From an uncultured Gemmatimonadaceae bacterium (GTDB lineage Bacteria > Gemmatimonadota > Gemmatimonadetes > Gemmatimonadales > Gemmatimonadaceae): 64,000 nucleotides of DNA. Positions within the stretch are counted from its first letter, which is position 1. Every line of letters starts with the position of its first letter. The DNA lies in the NCBI GenBank assembly GCA_963843845.1, contig CAWJMB010000001.1, forward strand, positions 32,001 through 96,000, given 5' to 3'. Shown piece by piece: positions 52,675-62,268 of the stretch. Position numbers and translations under genes: made by a program. The notes beneath the pieces were generated by a model, which searched no databases, was not told the DNA's origin, and worked only from the letters and a program-made list of their open reading frames with translations.

Positions 52675-53840
52675 TCACCCCCCGCCTAACGTGTCGAGCC
52701 CCCGCTCCAGGTCGGCGATCAGGTCGCTCGTCGACTCGAGCCCGACGTTGAACCGCACGAGCGATCCGCGCCGCACGCTCGCGTGCTCGCGCACGACGCC
52801 GAACATCGGCACGACGAGGCTCGACGCCCCGCCCCACGACCAGCCGATGGCGAACAGCGTCAGCGCGTCGATGAACGCCGCGAGCTGCGGCTCGGAGTAC
52901 CGGGCGTCGAACACGACCGAGAACACGCTCGCCGAGCCGACGAAGTCGCGTCGCCACACGTCGTGGCCGGGGCACGACGGGAGCGCCGGGTGCAGCACCC
53001 GCTCGACCTCCGGCCGCGCCGCCAGCCACTGCGCCACCTCGAGCGTCGATCGTTCGAGCGCGGCGAGCCGCACCGCGAGCGTCTGCATGCCGCGCAGCGC
53101 GAGCGAGCAGTCGTCGGGCGACACCGCGTAGCCCAGCCCCGCGTGCGCCGAGCCCACGCGCTCGTACCCCGCCTGGTCGCGCACCGTCACGCTGCCCAAC
53201 AGCAGATCGCTGTGCCCGCCCACGTACTTCGTGAGCGCCTGCATCGTCACGTCGACGCCCGCGCCCAGCGCGTCGAACAACACGCCCGCCGCGTACGTGT
53301 TGTCGAGCGCCACGAGCGCGCCGTGGTCGTGCGCCGCGGCGACGATGGCCGGCACGTCCTGCACCTCCATCGTCACCGATCCTGGGCTCTCGCACCACAC
53401 GAGGCGCGTGTTCGGCCGCAGCCACCGCGCGAGCCCGGCGCCGACCGTCGGCGGATAGAACGTCGTCTCGACGCCGAAGCGCGCGAGGAGCGTGCGCGCG
53501 AACGCCCGGTTCGGTCCGTAGACGTGGTCCGGCACGAGCACGTGGTCGCCGGCGCGCGTGTGCGCGAGGTAGATGAGCGCGATCGCCGCCTGCCCGCCCG
53601 GCGTGAGGAAGGTGCGGAACCCCCCTTCCAGCTCCGCGATCCGCGCCCCCAGCAGCATCGACGTCGGCGTGCCGTAGACCCGTACGTGTAGCCGACCTCG
53701 TGCTGCCGCCACGTGTCGTCGAGCGCCGCCACGTTCGGCACGACGGTCGTCGACCCGCGGTAGACCGGCGGCACGAGCGACGCGTACCCGGCCGGCGCGG
53801 CCGCGTCCGAGGTGATGAGCTTCGTCTGCCAGGTGGTCAT
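52675..53840 (-). CDS. metC: Cystathionine beta-lyase (frameshift near 53680)
   Basis: PPVYRGST, YGTPT, ESPGS, DNT, TKYVGGHSD, FAIGWSWGG, VGLE. Confidence 0.92.
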
Positions 53841-53864
53841 GGGTGAGCCGGTAGGCACGAGCGG

Positions 53865-54998
53865 TCAGACGAGCCGCGCCAGTCGGAACGGCGCGAGGTC
53901 GAAGCGCGGGGCGCGGTCGAGCGCGAGGTCGGCCAGCACGTCGCCGATCGCCGTCGAGAACTTGAAGCCGTGCCCGGAGCACGCGCTGACGACGACGACC
54001 TGCGCGTGCTCGGGATGCCGGTCGACGATGAAGTGCTCGTCGGGGGTGTTCGTGTAGAGACAGACGGCCGTGTCGACGAGCGGCCCGTCGGCATCCGGAA
54101 GGTGCGCCCGCAGCAGCTCGCGCACCGTCTCGACTTCGTCGTCGCGCACCGTGCGCCGCACCGTCTCCGCGTCCACCCGCTCGCCGCCGTGGTGGAGCGC
54201 TGCCTTCACGCCGTACCCTGCGTCCGGGAAGCCGTACCAGATCCTCCCCGGCGCGAACTCGGCGATGAAGATCGGGAAGCGATCGGGCGCGAACAGCGAC
54301 GTCGCGCGCGGCGGTCGGAACCACAGCTGCGCCATCCGCTCGACGGCCAGCGACGACAGCCGGGCGCCGAACGCGTCGTCGACGAGCGTCGTGAGCCACG
54401 CGCCGGCCGCCAGCACGAGCCGGTCGGCACGATACGTCCCGCGAGTCGTCGTGACGGCCACGCCGTCTCCCTCCGCGCGCCACGCCGTCACCGCCTCGTC
54501 GGTGTGGATCACCGCCCCGTGCGCGATCGCGCCCGCCAGGTGCGTCTCGACCGCCCGCTCCGGATCGAGGAAGCCGGCGCGCGGCTCCCACACGCCGACG
54601 TGATCGCTCGGCACTCGCCACGCCGGCACGCGTCGCATGACCCCGGCGGCGTCGAGCAGGTCGTGCGGCAGGCCGTGCTCCTGCGCACTGCGCAACGCCC
54701 CGGTGACGACGGCGCTGTCGGCGGCGCCCAGCATCAGCCCGCCGGTCCGCGTCCACAGCGTGCGCCCGCTGTCGCGCTCGAGTGCCTCCCACAGCTCGTA
54801 CGCGCGCCGCACGAGCGGCACGTAGAGCGGGTCCTCGAAGTACGCCTCGCGAATGATGCGCGACCGCCCGTGTGACGAGCCCCATGCGTGCGGCGGCGCG
54901 TAGCGATCGAGACCGACGACGCGCGCCCCCGCCCGAGCGAGATGGTACGCCGCCGCGCTGCCCATCGCGCCGAGCCCCGCGACGATGACGCTCGTCAT
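53865..54998 (-). CDS. solA: N-methyl-L-tryptophan / sarcosine oxidase
   Basis: GLGAMGSAA, GSSHGRSRIIR, CLYTNTPDEHF, CSGHGFKF. Confidence 0.93.
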   Translation of the reverse strand: MTSVIVAGLGAMGSAAAYHLARAGARVVGLDRYAPPHAWGSSHGRSRIIREAYFEDPLYVPLVRRAYELWEALERDSGRTLWTRTGGLMLGAADSAVVTGALRSAQEHGLPHDLLDAAGVMRRVPAWRVPSDHVGVWEPRAGFLDPERAVETHLAGAIAHGAVIHTDEAVTAWRAEGDGVAVTTTRGTYRADRLVLAAGAWLTTLVDDAFGARLSSLAVERMAQLWFRPPRATSLFAPDRFPIFIAEFAPGRIWYGFPDAGYGVKAALHHGGERVDAETVRRTVRDDEVETVRELLRAHLPDADGPLVDTAVCLYTNTPDEHFIVDRHPEHAQVVVVSACSGHGFKFSTAIGDVLADLALDRAPRFDLAPFRLARLV

Positions 54999-55014
54999 GC
55001 GTGAGGGCGCGGCG

Positions 55015-57210
55015 TCACGCGCGCGGCAGCGTGAGCGTGAACGTCGAGCCCGCGCCGAGCGTGCTGTCCACGGTGAGATCGCCGCCCATCGCGCGCGCGA
55101 GGTCGCGGCTGATCGCGAGCCCGAGCCCCGTCCCCTCGACCGGCGTGGCGAGCGAGCGGCCCAACTGCACGAACGGCTCGAAGATCTGCTCCAGTCGCTC
55201 GTGCGGAATGCCGATTCCCGTGTCGCGCACGACCGTGGACGCGACGCCGTCGCCGGCAGCACACTGGATCGTCACCGACCCGCCCCGCAGCGTGTACTTC
55301 GCGGCGTTCGACAGCAGGTTCAGCATGATCTGCCGCAGCTTGTCCGGGTCGGCGCGCACCGCCACGGCCGGCCGGCCGCGCGCCGACGGACCGGCGTCGC
55401 ACTCGCCGTGCACGTACGCGACCCCCTTGGCCTCGAACTGTGGCGCGACGAGCGCCGTGATCTCGTCGACGACCTCGTGCAGCCGCACGTCGGCGGGGCG
55501 GAACTCGATCTTCCCCGCGTCGAGCTTCGCGAAGTTCAGCACGTCCGTGATGAGCCCGAGCAGGTGCGCCTGCGACGCCTGGATCCGCTCGAGCGCGCCG
55601 CGCTGCGCCTCGGTGAGCGGCCCGTGAATGCCGAGCTGGATGAGCTGCGCGTGACCGCCGATCGCGTTCAGCGGCGTCCGCAGCTCGTGACTCATCGTGG
55701 CGAGGAAGTCCATCTTCGCGCGGTTCGCCGATTCCGCGTCGCCCCGCGCGCGGTGCTCGGCCTCGTACAGCCGCGCGTTCTCCAGCGCGACGGCGGCGCG
55801 GCGCGCGAGCTCCTCGGCGAGCGCGAGGTCGTCCGCGTCGTAGCGCCGGGCCGACTCGGTGACGATGAACCCGAGCCCGCCGAGCAGTACGCCGCCCAAC
55901 ATCAGCGGCACGAGGATGTACGAGCGCATGCCGAGCGCCTCGACGCGCGCACGCTGCGCCGGGTGCGGCACGAACCGTTCGACCGTCTCCGGCATGACCT
56001 CCGGAACCAGCAGCCCTCGCCCGACCGCAAGCTGCTCCATCACCTCCGGCGCGGCGCGCGCCGTGGCGTCGGGATTCCGGAGCGCGGACTCGGCGAGCAG
56101 CGCGGCCTTCCCCGGGTCGCGGTGCACGTGGACGACGCGCTCGAACGCGTGCGCGCCGCGCCGAAGGTCGATCGTGCAGCCGTCGGCGAAGCGCGGGACC
56201 GCGAGCCGACCGATCGCCTCGAGCGTCGCGCCGACGTCGAGCTGGGCGGCGAGCGCGCGCCCCGCGTCGGCGAGCAGCTTCAGGCGCTCCTCGGCCCGCG
56301 CCTCGGCGTCGACGTCGCGCATGTAGATCGCGAGCCCCGTCTGCGTCGGGAACGCGCGCGTCTCGATCCACCGCGCTCGCCGCGGCGAGAGCGCGCGGAA
56401 GCGCGCCGACGCGCCACCGCGCATCGCCCGCTCGAGCTGCGCCAGCGCCTCCCGGTCGGCTCCCCCCTCGTGCAGCGCCTCGTACGACGTGCCTAACGCC
56501 CCGTCCGCGGCGGTCCCCTCGTCGAGGAGCCACGCCCGGCCGGCCGCGTTCATGCGCACCAGCCGCCACGCGCGGTCGTACTCGAACAGCGCGTCCGACA
56601 TGGTGTCGAGCACGTCGGCGAGGCGCGCCGAGAGCGATTCCGCGCGCGCGCGCGCCTCGCGTTCCGACTCGTAGAGCCGCGCGCGCTCGAGTGCCTGCGC
56701 GCACAGATCGGCGAACGCCCGCATGAACGCCCGCACGTCGGGCGCGAACGTACGCGGCGCCGCGAAGCTGACCGTCAGCGCGCCGAGCAGCTCGTCGTCG
56801 AGCACGAGCGGGAGCGCCGCCCACGCCGCGTCGGCCGCGCCCGGCGGCAGCGTGTGCGGCCCGACCGCGTACGCCCGCGCCCACGCCGCCATGTTCTCGA
56901 CGAACACCGGCTCGCGCGAGCGCACGACGTCGCGCACGGGGAGCGGCGCATCGGCCGGGACGGTCGCGAACATCGTTCGCACCTCGTCCCCCGCCCCGCG
57001 CACGCCCAGCAGGGTGAGCGCCGCGCCGTCCCGTGTGAGCTCGAGCACCGCGCCCGCGTGTGCGCCTAACGCGTCCACGAGGTAGGTGACGATGACGTCC
57101 GCGACCTCGTCGCGTGCGAGAGTCCGGCCGAGCGCGGCACTGAGTCGTTGCAGCGCCCCGGCCTCCGCCGAGGCGGCGTCGCGCGAGGCATGCGGAGGGG
57201 TCGAAGACAT
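55015..57210 (-). CDS. Cytoplasmic GAF-PAS-GAF histidine kinase
   Basis: ALERARLY, ALENARLY, MSHELRTPLNAI, NLLSNAAKY, DTGIGI, GTGLGL. Confidence 0.93.
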   Translation of the reverse strand: MSSTPPHASRDAASAEAGALQRLSAALGRTLARDEVADVIVTYLVDALGAHAGAVLELTRDGAALTLLGVRGAGDEVRTMFATVPADAPLPVRDVVRSREPVFVENMAAWARAYAVGPHTLPPGAADAAWAALPLVLDDELLGALTVSFAAPRTFAPDVRAFMRAFADLCAQALERARLYESEREARARAESLSARLADVLDTMSDALFEYDRAWRLVRMNAAGRAWLLDEGTAADGALGTSYEALHEGGADREALAQLERAMRGGASARFRALSPRRARWIETRAFPTQTGLAIYMRDVDAEARAEERLKLLADAGRALAAQLDVGATLEAIGRLAVPRFADGCTIDLRRGAHAFERVVHVHRDPGKAALLAESALRNPDATARAAPEVMEQLAVGRGLLVPEVMPETVERFVPHPAQRARVEALGMRSYILVPLMLGGVLLGGLGFIVTESARRYDADDLALAEELARRAAVALENARLYEAEHRARGDAESANRAKMDFLATMSHELRTPLNAIGGHAQLIQLGIHGPLTEAQRGALERIQASQAHLLGLITDVLNFAKLDAGKIEFRPADVRLHEVVDEITALVAPQFEAKGVAYVHGECDAGPSARGRPAVAVRADPDKLRQIMLNLLSNAAKYTLRGGSVTIQCAAGDGVASTVVRDTGIGIPHERLEQIFEPFVQLGRSLATPVEGTGLGLAISRDLARAMGGDLTVDSTLGAGSTFTLTLPRA

Positions 57211-57257
57211 CGGCCGACGAACGCCCGCGGCGCGCCCCGAAGTTCCGCCGCGCGCCG

Positions 57258-58412
57258 TCACGTGCCCGCCTCGACCGACGCGAGGCGGAACTCGTGCGCC
57301 TTGGCGTCCGGCTCGACGAACCGCGCGAGCGCCTCTCCTTCGAGGGCGAGCGCCGGACGTGCGCCGCGCGGCACGGTCGAGTAGGGGGTCATCGTCAGCG
57401 TCGCGACGCCGCGGCTCCGCGCCACCTTCCACGTCCCGGCGACGACGCCGTCGACGAGCACGGTCGCCGCGACCTGCAGATTCCTCGAGACGATGCGCGG
57501 GCGGTAGAGATCGGGGACGACGCGCGACCGATCGTCGTGCGCGAGCACGAGCGAGTCGAACTCGGGGAGGAAGCGCACCGGCGCGTCGGCGTCCTCGCCC
57601 GGCCGCGGCGCGTGCGGCATGTCGAACAGCTCGCGCCCCTTGCGATCCCGGAACGTGACGAGTTCGTCGCGCATCGCGTCGAACGTCGGCCGCATGCTGC
57701 GCACCCCGCTCCACACCATCATGTCGGCCGCCGTCGCCGGCCCGAACGCCCCCAGGTACCGGCGCACGAGCGCCCGGCGCGCCGGTTCGTCCGCGTCCGC
57801 GCCATCGCTCGCGACGGCGGTCGTCGGTGCGGCGGCCCACGACTCGGCGAGGGCGAACGCGGGACCCGTGTCCCACCCCCACGGTGCGCCCGACGTCGGC
57901 ACCTGCACGAGGGGGAGCAGCATGCGCACGGCGTAGCCCAACGCGCGCTCGTCGACGTCGGGAAACCGCCGGGCGAGCGCGCCGCGCAGCTCCTCGAACG
58001 TGTGCGGTCGCTCGGCGAGGGGCACGCGTGCTGCCGAGACGGTCGCCTCGGTGTCGAGACCCGCCGCACGGTCGCGCAGCACCGCGCGCATGGCGGCGGC
58101 GAGCATCGGCTCGAGCGCCGGCCGGAGCCGCCAGTAGTCGCCAGCGCTCACCAGGTGCAGCGTGCCACGCATCAACGTGGCACGCACGACCGAGCGCGCG
58201 TGCACCGCGTCGAGGAGCGCGTCGCGGGTGAACGCCGCGAGCCGCGTCCACAGCGCGACGAACGGCGGTCGCGCGAGCTGCGCCTGCACCCCGCCGAACC
58301 GCTCGACGGCGTCCACGATCGGCATCGTGTCGCGGTCGAGCAGCGACTGCCGTGCGAGCGTCGCGCGGTTCAGCGCGCGCGGAGAGAGCGTCGCGTCAGG
58401 CGTCGCAGGCAT
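57258..58412 (-). CDS. HTH_42 winged-helix protein, AlkZ-like DNA glycosylase
   Basis: LNRATLARQ, GVQAQ (QxQ), LMRGTLHL, RYLGAFGPAT, FLPEFD, DGVVAGTW. Confidence 0.9.
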   Translation of the reverse strand: MPATPDATLSPRALNRATLARQSLLDRDTMPIVDAVERFGGVQAQLARPPFVALWTRLAAFTRDALLDAVHARSVVRATLMRGTLHLVSAGDYWRLRPALEPMLAAAMRAVLRDRAAGLDTEATVSAARVPLAERPHTFEELRGALARRFPDVDERALGYAVRMLLPLVQVPTSGAPWGWDTGPAFALAESWAAAPTTAVASDGADADEPARRALVRRYLGAFGPATAADMMVWSGVRSMRPTFDAMRDELVTFRDRKGRELFDMPHAPRPGEDADAPVRFLPEFDSLVLAHDDRSRVVPDLYRPRIVSRNLQVAATVLVDGVVAGTWKVARSRGVATLTMTPYSTVPRGARPALALEGEALARFVEPDAKAHEFRLASVEAGT

Positions 58413-58481
58413 GCCGAGGCTCGGCCGACGAAGCCGTGTGAGCGGAGATCGAGCGCGCGGGCGCGTGCCGAACGACCCGGC

Positions 58482-58964
58482 CTACCGCTTCGCGTCGGGG
58501 CGTTTCGCCGCGCGCGCGGCGGCGGGCGCCGTCTCGTGCCCGGCCATCCCCTTCATGTCGTGCTCCATCTCGCTCCCGCACCGCTGCTCGAGCGGCTCGA
58601 AGCGCTCGTGCAGCGCCGCGAGCGACGCCACCACGTCGGCATCCGGTGCCGGCGTCGCGACGAGCGCGGCGAGCGCCCGCGCGTCGGTCGCGATGCGCGC
58701 GACGGCGGCCGTCGTCGCGCTGTCGCTGCACGCAGCCGGGCCGCGGCTCGCCGACCACCGCCGAGCCGCGTCCGCGAGTGCTCCCGCCTTCGCACGGATC
58801 GGAGCGAGATCCTGCCTGCCCTTCGCCGGATGCCACGTCGCGCCCAGCACGACATGGAACGCGTCCAGCTCCTTCCACGGCGCCGCGTGCGTCGTGCCCT
58901 GCTGCGCGACGACAGGCGTGGCGACGCACAGCGTGGCGATGAGGGCGAGCGGCGAGGAGCGCAT
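58482..58964 (-). CDS. Secreted helical hypothetical protein
   Basis: Signal peptide; WKELDAFH..LGATWHP, LHERF; His/Met-rich tail. Confidence 0.7.
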   Translation of the reverse strand: MRSSPLALIATLCVATPVVAQQGTTHAAPWKELDAFHVVLGATWHPAKGRQDLAPIRAKAGALADAARRWSASRGPAACSDSATTAAVARIATDARALAALVATPAPDADVVASLAALHERFEPLEQRCGSEMEHDMKGMAGHETAPAAARAAKRPDAKR

Positions 58965-59187
58965 GACGTCGGAGACGAGAGGGGTCGGCGCCGGGCGGCG
59001 CGGGGTCCGCGGAATGTGCACGCGCGGCGCCGTCCGACGCCACTCCGACACACGCCCCGCCGCACTGGCACCGAGGCCCCCTCGTGACGCACCGCACACC
59101 TGCCGCGCCGGCGCACTCGCCCGGCATCCCCCTCGCACTACAGGGGGCGACACGAAGCACTCGCACGACTCACGGAGGCCGCCGTTC

Positions 59188-59490
59188 ATGATGCAGACTC
59201 TCTTCGGGCTGACCCTGCTCCCGACCCGTTTTCCACTCGCGCCGACACAGGCGCACGCGCTCTCCGACCGCATCGCCGCCGCGGCCCGGCAGGTGCAGAA
59301 CGGCGCGCCGACGGCGTTCGCCGCGGAGGCGCGTCGTGACGCGGTGAGCTACCTCGACGCGCGGCGCAGCCGGCAGCTGCGCCTTCCGCTCGCGTTGGAG
59401 CGCGCTGCAGACGAAGGCGCGCGCGCGCTGCTCCGACTCACCGTCGGCATCCCGCCGCTCCCGGCCCGTGCCGAATTGCTGGTCGCGTGA
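59188..59490 (+). CDS. Small hypothetical protein
   Basis: GGAGG RBS before ATG; protein-like composition. Confidence 0.55.
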   Translation: MMQTLFGLTLLPTRFPLAPTQAHALSDRIAAAARQVQNGAPTAFAAEARRDAVSYLDARRSRQLRLPLALERAADEGARALLRLTVGIPPLPARAELLVA

Positions 59491-59568
59491 CCGGGGGCTA
59501 GTCGGGCGCCCGCCTCGACGTGGAGGCGGCGCCCCGTCGTCACGCGAGCGCGAGGACAGGTTCGTTTT

Positions 59569-60390
59569 CTAACCGAGCGCGTCCGTATCCAGCACTCTGA
59601 CGTTGGACACCGTCGTCGCGGAGACGACGGCCGCTGAATAGCCGGATTCGACGTGTGGTGCGTGCATCCTCCACCGACTCGTCGCATGGACATCGTGTCG
59701 GTCAGCGATCAGGCGGGCAGGCTCCCCGGGATCGAGCGACACGTCGAAGTAGTGCAGCCCGCGCGTGATCCCGACGCCGGTCGCTTTCAGGTAGGCCTCC
59801 TTTCGCGACCACGCGGCGAAGAATCCAGCGATCGTCTGCTCGTGGCGCGCGTGGGGCGGCGCCCGGTCGACGAGCGCGCGCAGCGTGGTCCGCTCGGCGG
59901 GCGAGAAGAACCGTTCGGCGAGCGCCAGGTGCTCGACGTTCGCATCCCATCGTTCGACGTCGACCCCGACCGCGGTCGTCCCGGTGACAGCGAGCAGGGC
60001 GAGCTCGCCCGAATGGGACAGATTGAACTCGAGCCCAGCCGCGGGTCGGGCGGCGTGTTCGTCGCCGTACCCGCCGGCCTCCCGGCCGGGCAGTCCGCTC
60101 GCAGCGGCCCCGTCCGCGCCGAGTCGAACGAGCGCGGGCTTTCCATGCACGCCCGCCGCGAACGCCAAGCCCTCAGCGGCCCCGCCAAGGTACGCCGCGA
60201 GAATTCGTCGCTTCCATCCGTGCGCGACGATGAAGCGAGCACCGTGCTCGGCGCGAATGAAGCGATCGGCGCGCGCCCGCTCCTCGACTGACAGCACGCC
60301 CCGCAGTCGCGAGACGTCCTGTCGTGCGTCGAGTCGGATGCGCCACAGATCCACGGTCGCGTCATCGGGCAGGGGGCAGCGCGGCATCAC
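59569..60390 (-). CDS. Sfp-type 4'-phosphopantetheinyl transferase
   Basis: GKP, FNLSHS, VGVDVE, FFSPAE, WSRKEAYLKATG. Confidence 0.95.
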   Translation of the reverse strand: MMPRCPLPDDATVDLWRIRLDARQDVSRLRGVLSVEERARADRFIRAEHGARFIVAHGWKRRILAAYLGGAAEGLAFAAGVHGKPALVRLGADGAAASGLPGREAGGYGDEHAARPAAGLEFNLSHSGELALLAVTGTTAVGVDVERWDANVEHLALAERFFSPAERTTLRALVDRAPPHARHEQTIAGFFAAWSRKEAYLKATGVGITRGLHYFDVSLDPGEPARLIADRHDVHATSRWRMHAPHVESGYSAAVVSATTVSNVRVLDTDALG

Positions 60391-60756
60391 GCGGTCACGT
60401 TACCCGGTAACGGCATCTCACGCTCGACCCTGCGGGCAAGTCGTTGTCTCTCCGCACCTTAGCGTCTCCCGACAGAACTGTCGTCACCGCGCATGCTGCC
60501 GACGCCTGGCCACCATTGCCCCTCCACGCCGCCGCGTCGTGCGCTCGATGCGCACGACCCGTGCGCCGCCATGTGACGATCGTGTGACGGTGATCGGTAC
60601 CATGCCCCGCACCTCGCTGGAAGCGGCGCCGCTCGAATCACGCTCCGCACACGGCTGAGCGAACGTGTCCGCCCGCAGACGCACGTCGACACGGGTCGGT
60701 CACCAGCATCACGAAGGGGGCGTTCGTGGGCGACACCTGTCGACCGTGCACGATGC

Positions 60757-60829
60757 TGTTCAGACACTGAACAACGACTCAGCAATCCATGAAAGCCTTC
60801 CGCTCGTCGGCGTGTTCAGACGCTGAACA
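60757..60829. repeat. Two 17-bp palindromes TGTTCAG-ACN-CTGAACA (candidate parS/operator)
   Basis: 60757-60773 and 60813-60829; perfect 7-3-7 arms, 56-bp period. Confidence 0.8.
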
Positions 60830-61153
60830 AGGAAACGCGGACGATCTTCCGCATCTGGCGGATATGTGCTCGCCTCTCGCCATCCACATGTTGCGCGATG
60901 ACACGTGCGCCATAGCTTCCGCCGCGGCGAGGGCATTGCGCTCGACACGTTGGCGGCGCGCGCGGCATGGCGACGGCGGGATCCACGTAGGTCTCGCGCG
61001 CCGCACGCCCATGGAATCCGGCCGGCGGACGTGTTGACGGACAGGGTCGCGAGGGTGAGTGGCGCACGAGGCGTCGCGATGTGCACCGGTGATCGGACCG
61101 GGTCGCACACCAGGCTGGGCGCGCGCGCCGGGCGCACCGGGGCTCCCACGCGC

Positions 61154-61237
61154 TCGCGGCTCGTCGCGGCTCGTCGCGGCTCGTCGCGGCTCGTCGCGGC
61201 TCGTCGCGGCTCGTCGCGGCTCGTCGCGGCTCGTCGC
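61154..61237. repeat. 10-bp tandem array TCGTCGCGGC
   Basis: Seven perfect units 61161-61230 plus partial flanking units. Confidence 0.95.
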
Positions 61238-61552
61238 AGAGAACTACCCGCGACAGTTCGGTCTCACTCGTCGAGTGGGTGCGTTGAACGTGTTTCATGT
61301 GATCGGAGAGTGAGGCTAGATCTCAAACGGACGCCCGGGCCTTGTCGATCGACTACGACATCATCGTGGCGTATCCGCCGAGCGCACGGCGACGTTCCCA
61401 CCGCCAATCGCGGCAGACGGTCGGGCGCCCTCGGCTGGCTGGCGCGCCCTGCGACGAGAGGGCTCCGGACCGCGCTCGAGGCGCACCCGCGTCACTCTCC
61501 GTCGCGGGGACTTCCTGCGACACCACCCGCTCGTCCACCCATCCGTCGGTTC

Positions 61553-62266
61553 ATGAGTGACATTCGACTCCTCGCCCTCGCAGCCGGCCGTGGGGGCACT
61601 GGAAAGTCCACCCTCACCTACGGCATCGCGCACGCGCTCCACGTCCTGAAAGGCATGGACGACGTCGCCATGCTCGATCTCGATCCGCAAGCCGGCCTCA
61701 CGACACGCGCTGGCAAGCAGCCCGTCGCCGATCCGATTCAGGAACCGCCAGTCCAGGTGTTCGGGATCACGTTGTACCGCGGCGGGCGGGGGCTGTCGCA
61801 GGCGACCGATACGCAGCTCGCCACGCACATCGAGCGTGCCGTCAACGAGGGGTCGCCCGACCGCGTCGTCATCGCCGACATGCCCCCAGCGCTCCACGAC
61901 CGCGTGCATCGCCTCGTATTCGAGCGCGACGACTCGTTCGTGCTCGGCGCGATTCGCTGCGAGCCGGACTCGTTTCATTCCATGAACGAGCTCGTGGCGC
62001 AGGTGGGGCGGGCTGGGCGACCGTACATGCTGGTGCCCACGTTCCACGCCCGGAAGAACGCGCAGAACGCGACGCTCCTCGCACTTCAGTCCCAGCACCA
62101 CGGCCACGTGACCGAGACACTGATCCCGCAGGACAACAAGGCCGTCGACTGCGTCCTCAACCGGCAGCCGGTCACACTGTTCGCGAAGAAGTCGAAAATC
62201 GCCCTCGCCATCAGCGCGCTGCTGGACGAGGTCCTCGCGACCGAAACCGTTCCGACGGAGCGCTGA
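61553..62266 (+). CDS. parA: ParA family ATPase (short, plasmid-like)
   Basis: GRGGTGKST, DLDPQ, DMPP; adjacent to parB. Confidence 0.88.
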   Translation: MSDIRLLALAAGRGGTGKSTLTYGIAHALHVLKGMDDVAMLDLDPQAGLTTRAGKQPVADPIQEPPVQVFGITLYRGGRGLSQATDTQLATHIERAVNEGSPDRVVIADMPPALHDRVHRLVFERDDSFVLGAIRCEPDSFHSMNELVAQVGRAGRPYMLVPTFHARKNAQNATLLALQSQHHGHVTETLIPQDNKAVDCVLNRQPVTLFAKKSKIALAISALLDEVLATETVPTER

Positions 62267-62268
62267 CC

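Noticed and set aside
1781..57071. TTAGGC as nematode-type telomere repeat or contamination
   Set aside because: Copies are single, dispersed and in frame within bacterial genes.
61154..61237. CRISPR array
   Set aside because: Contiguous 10-bp units, no spacers, no cas genes.
60391..61552. Chromosomal oriC
   Set aside because: No perfect DnaA boxes (best about 7/9 near 60880) and no dnaA/gid context.
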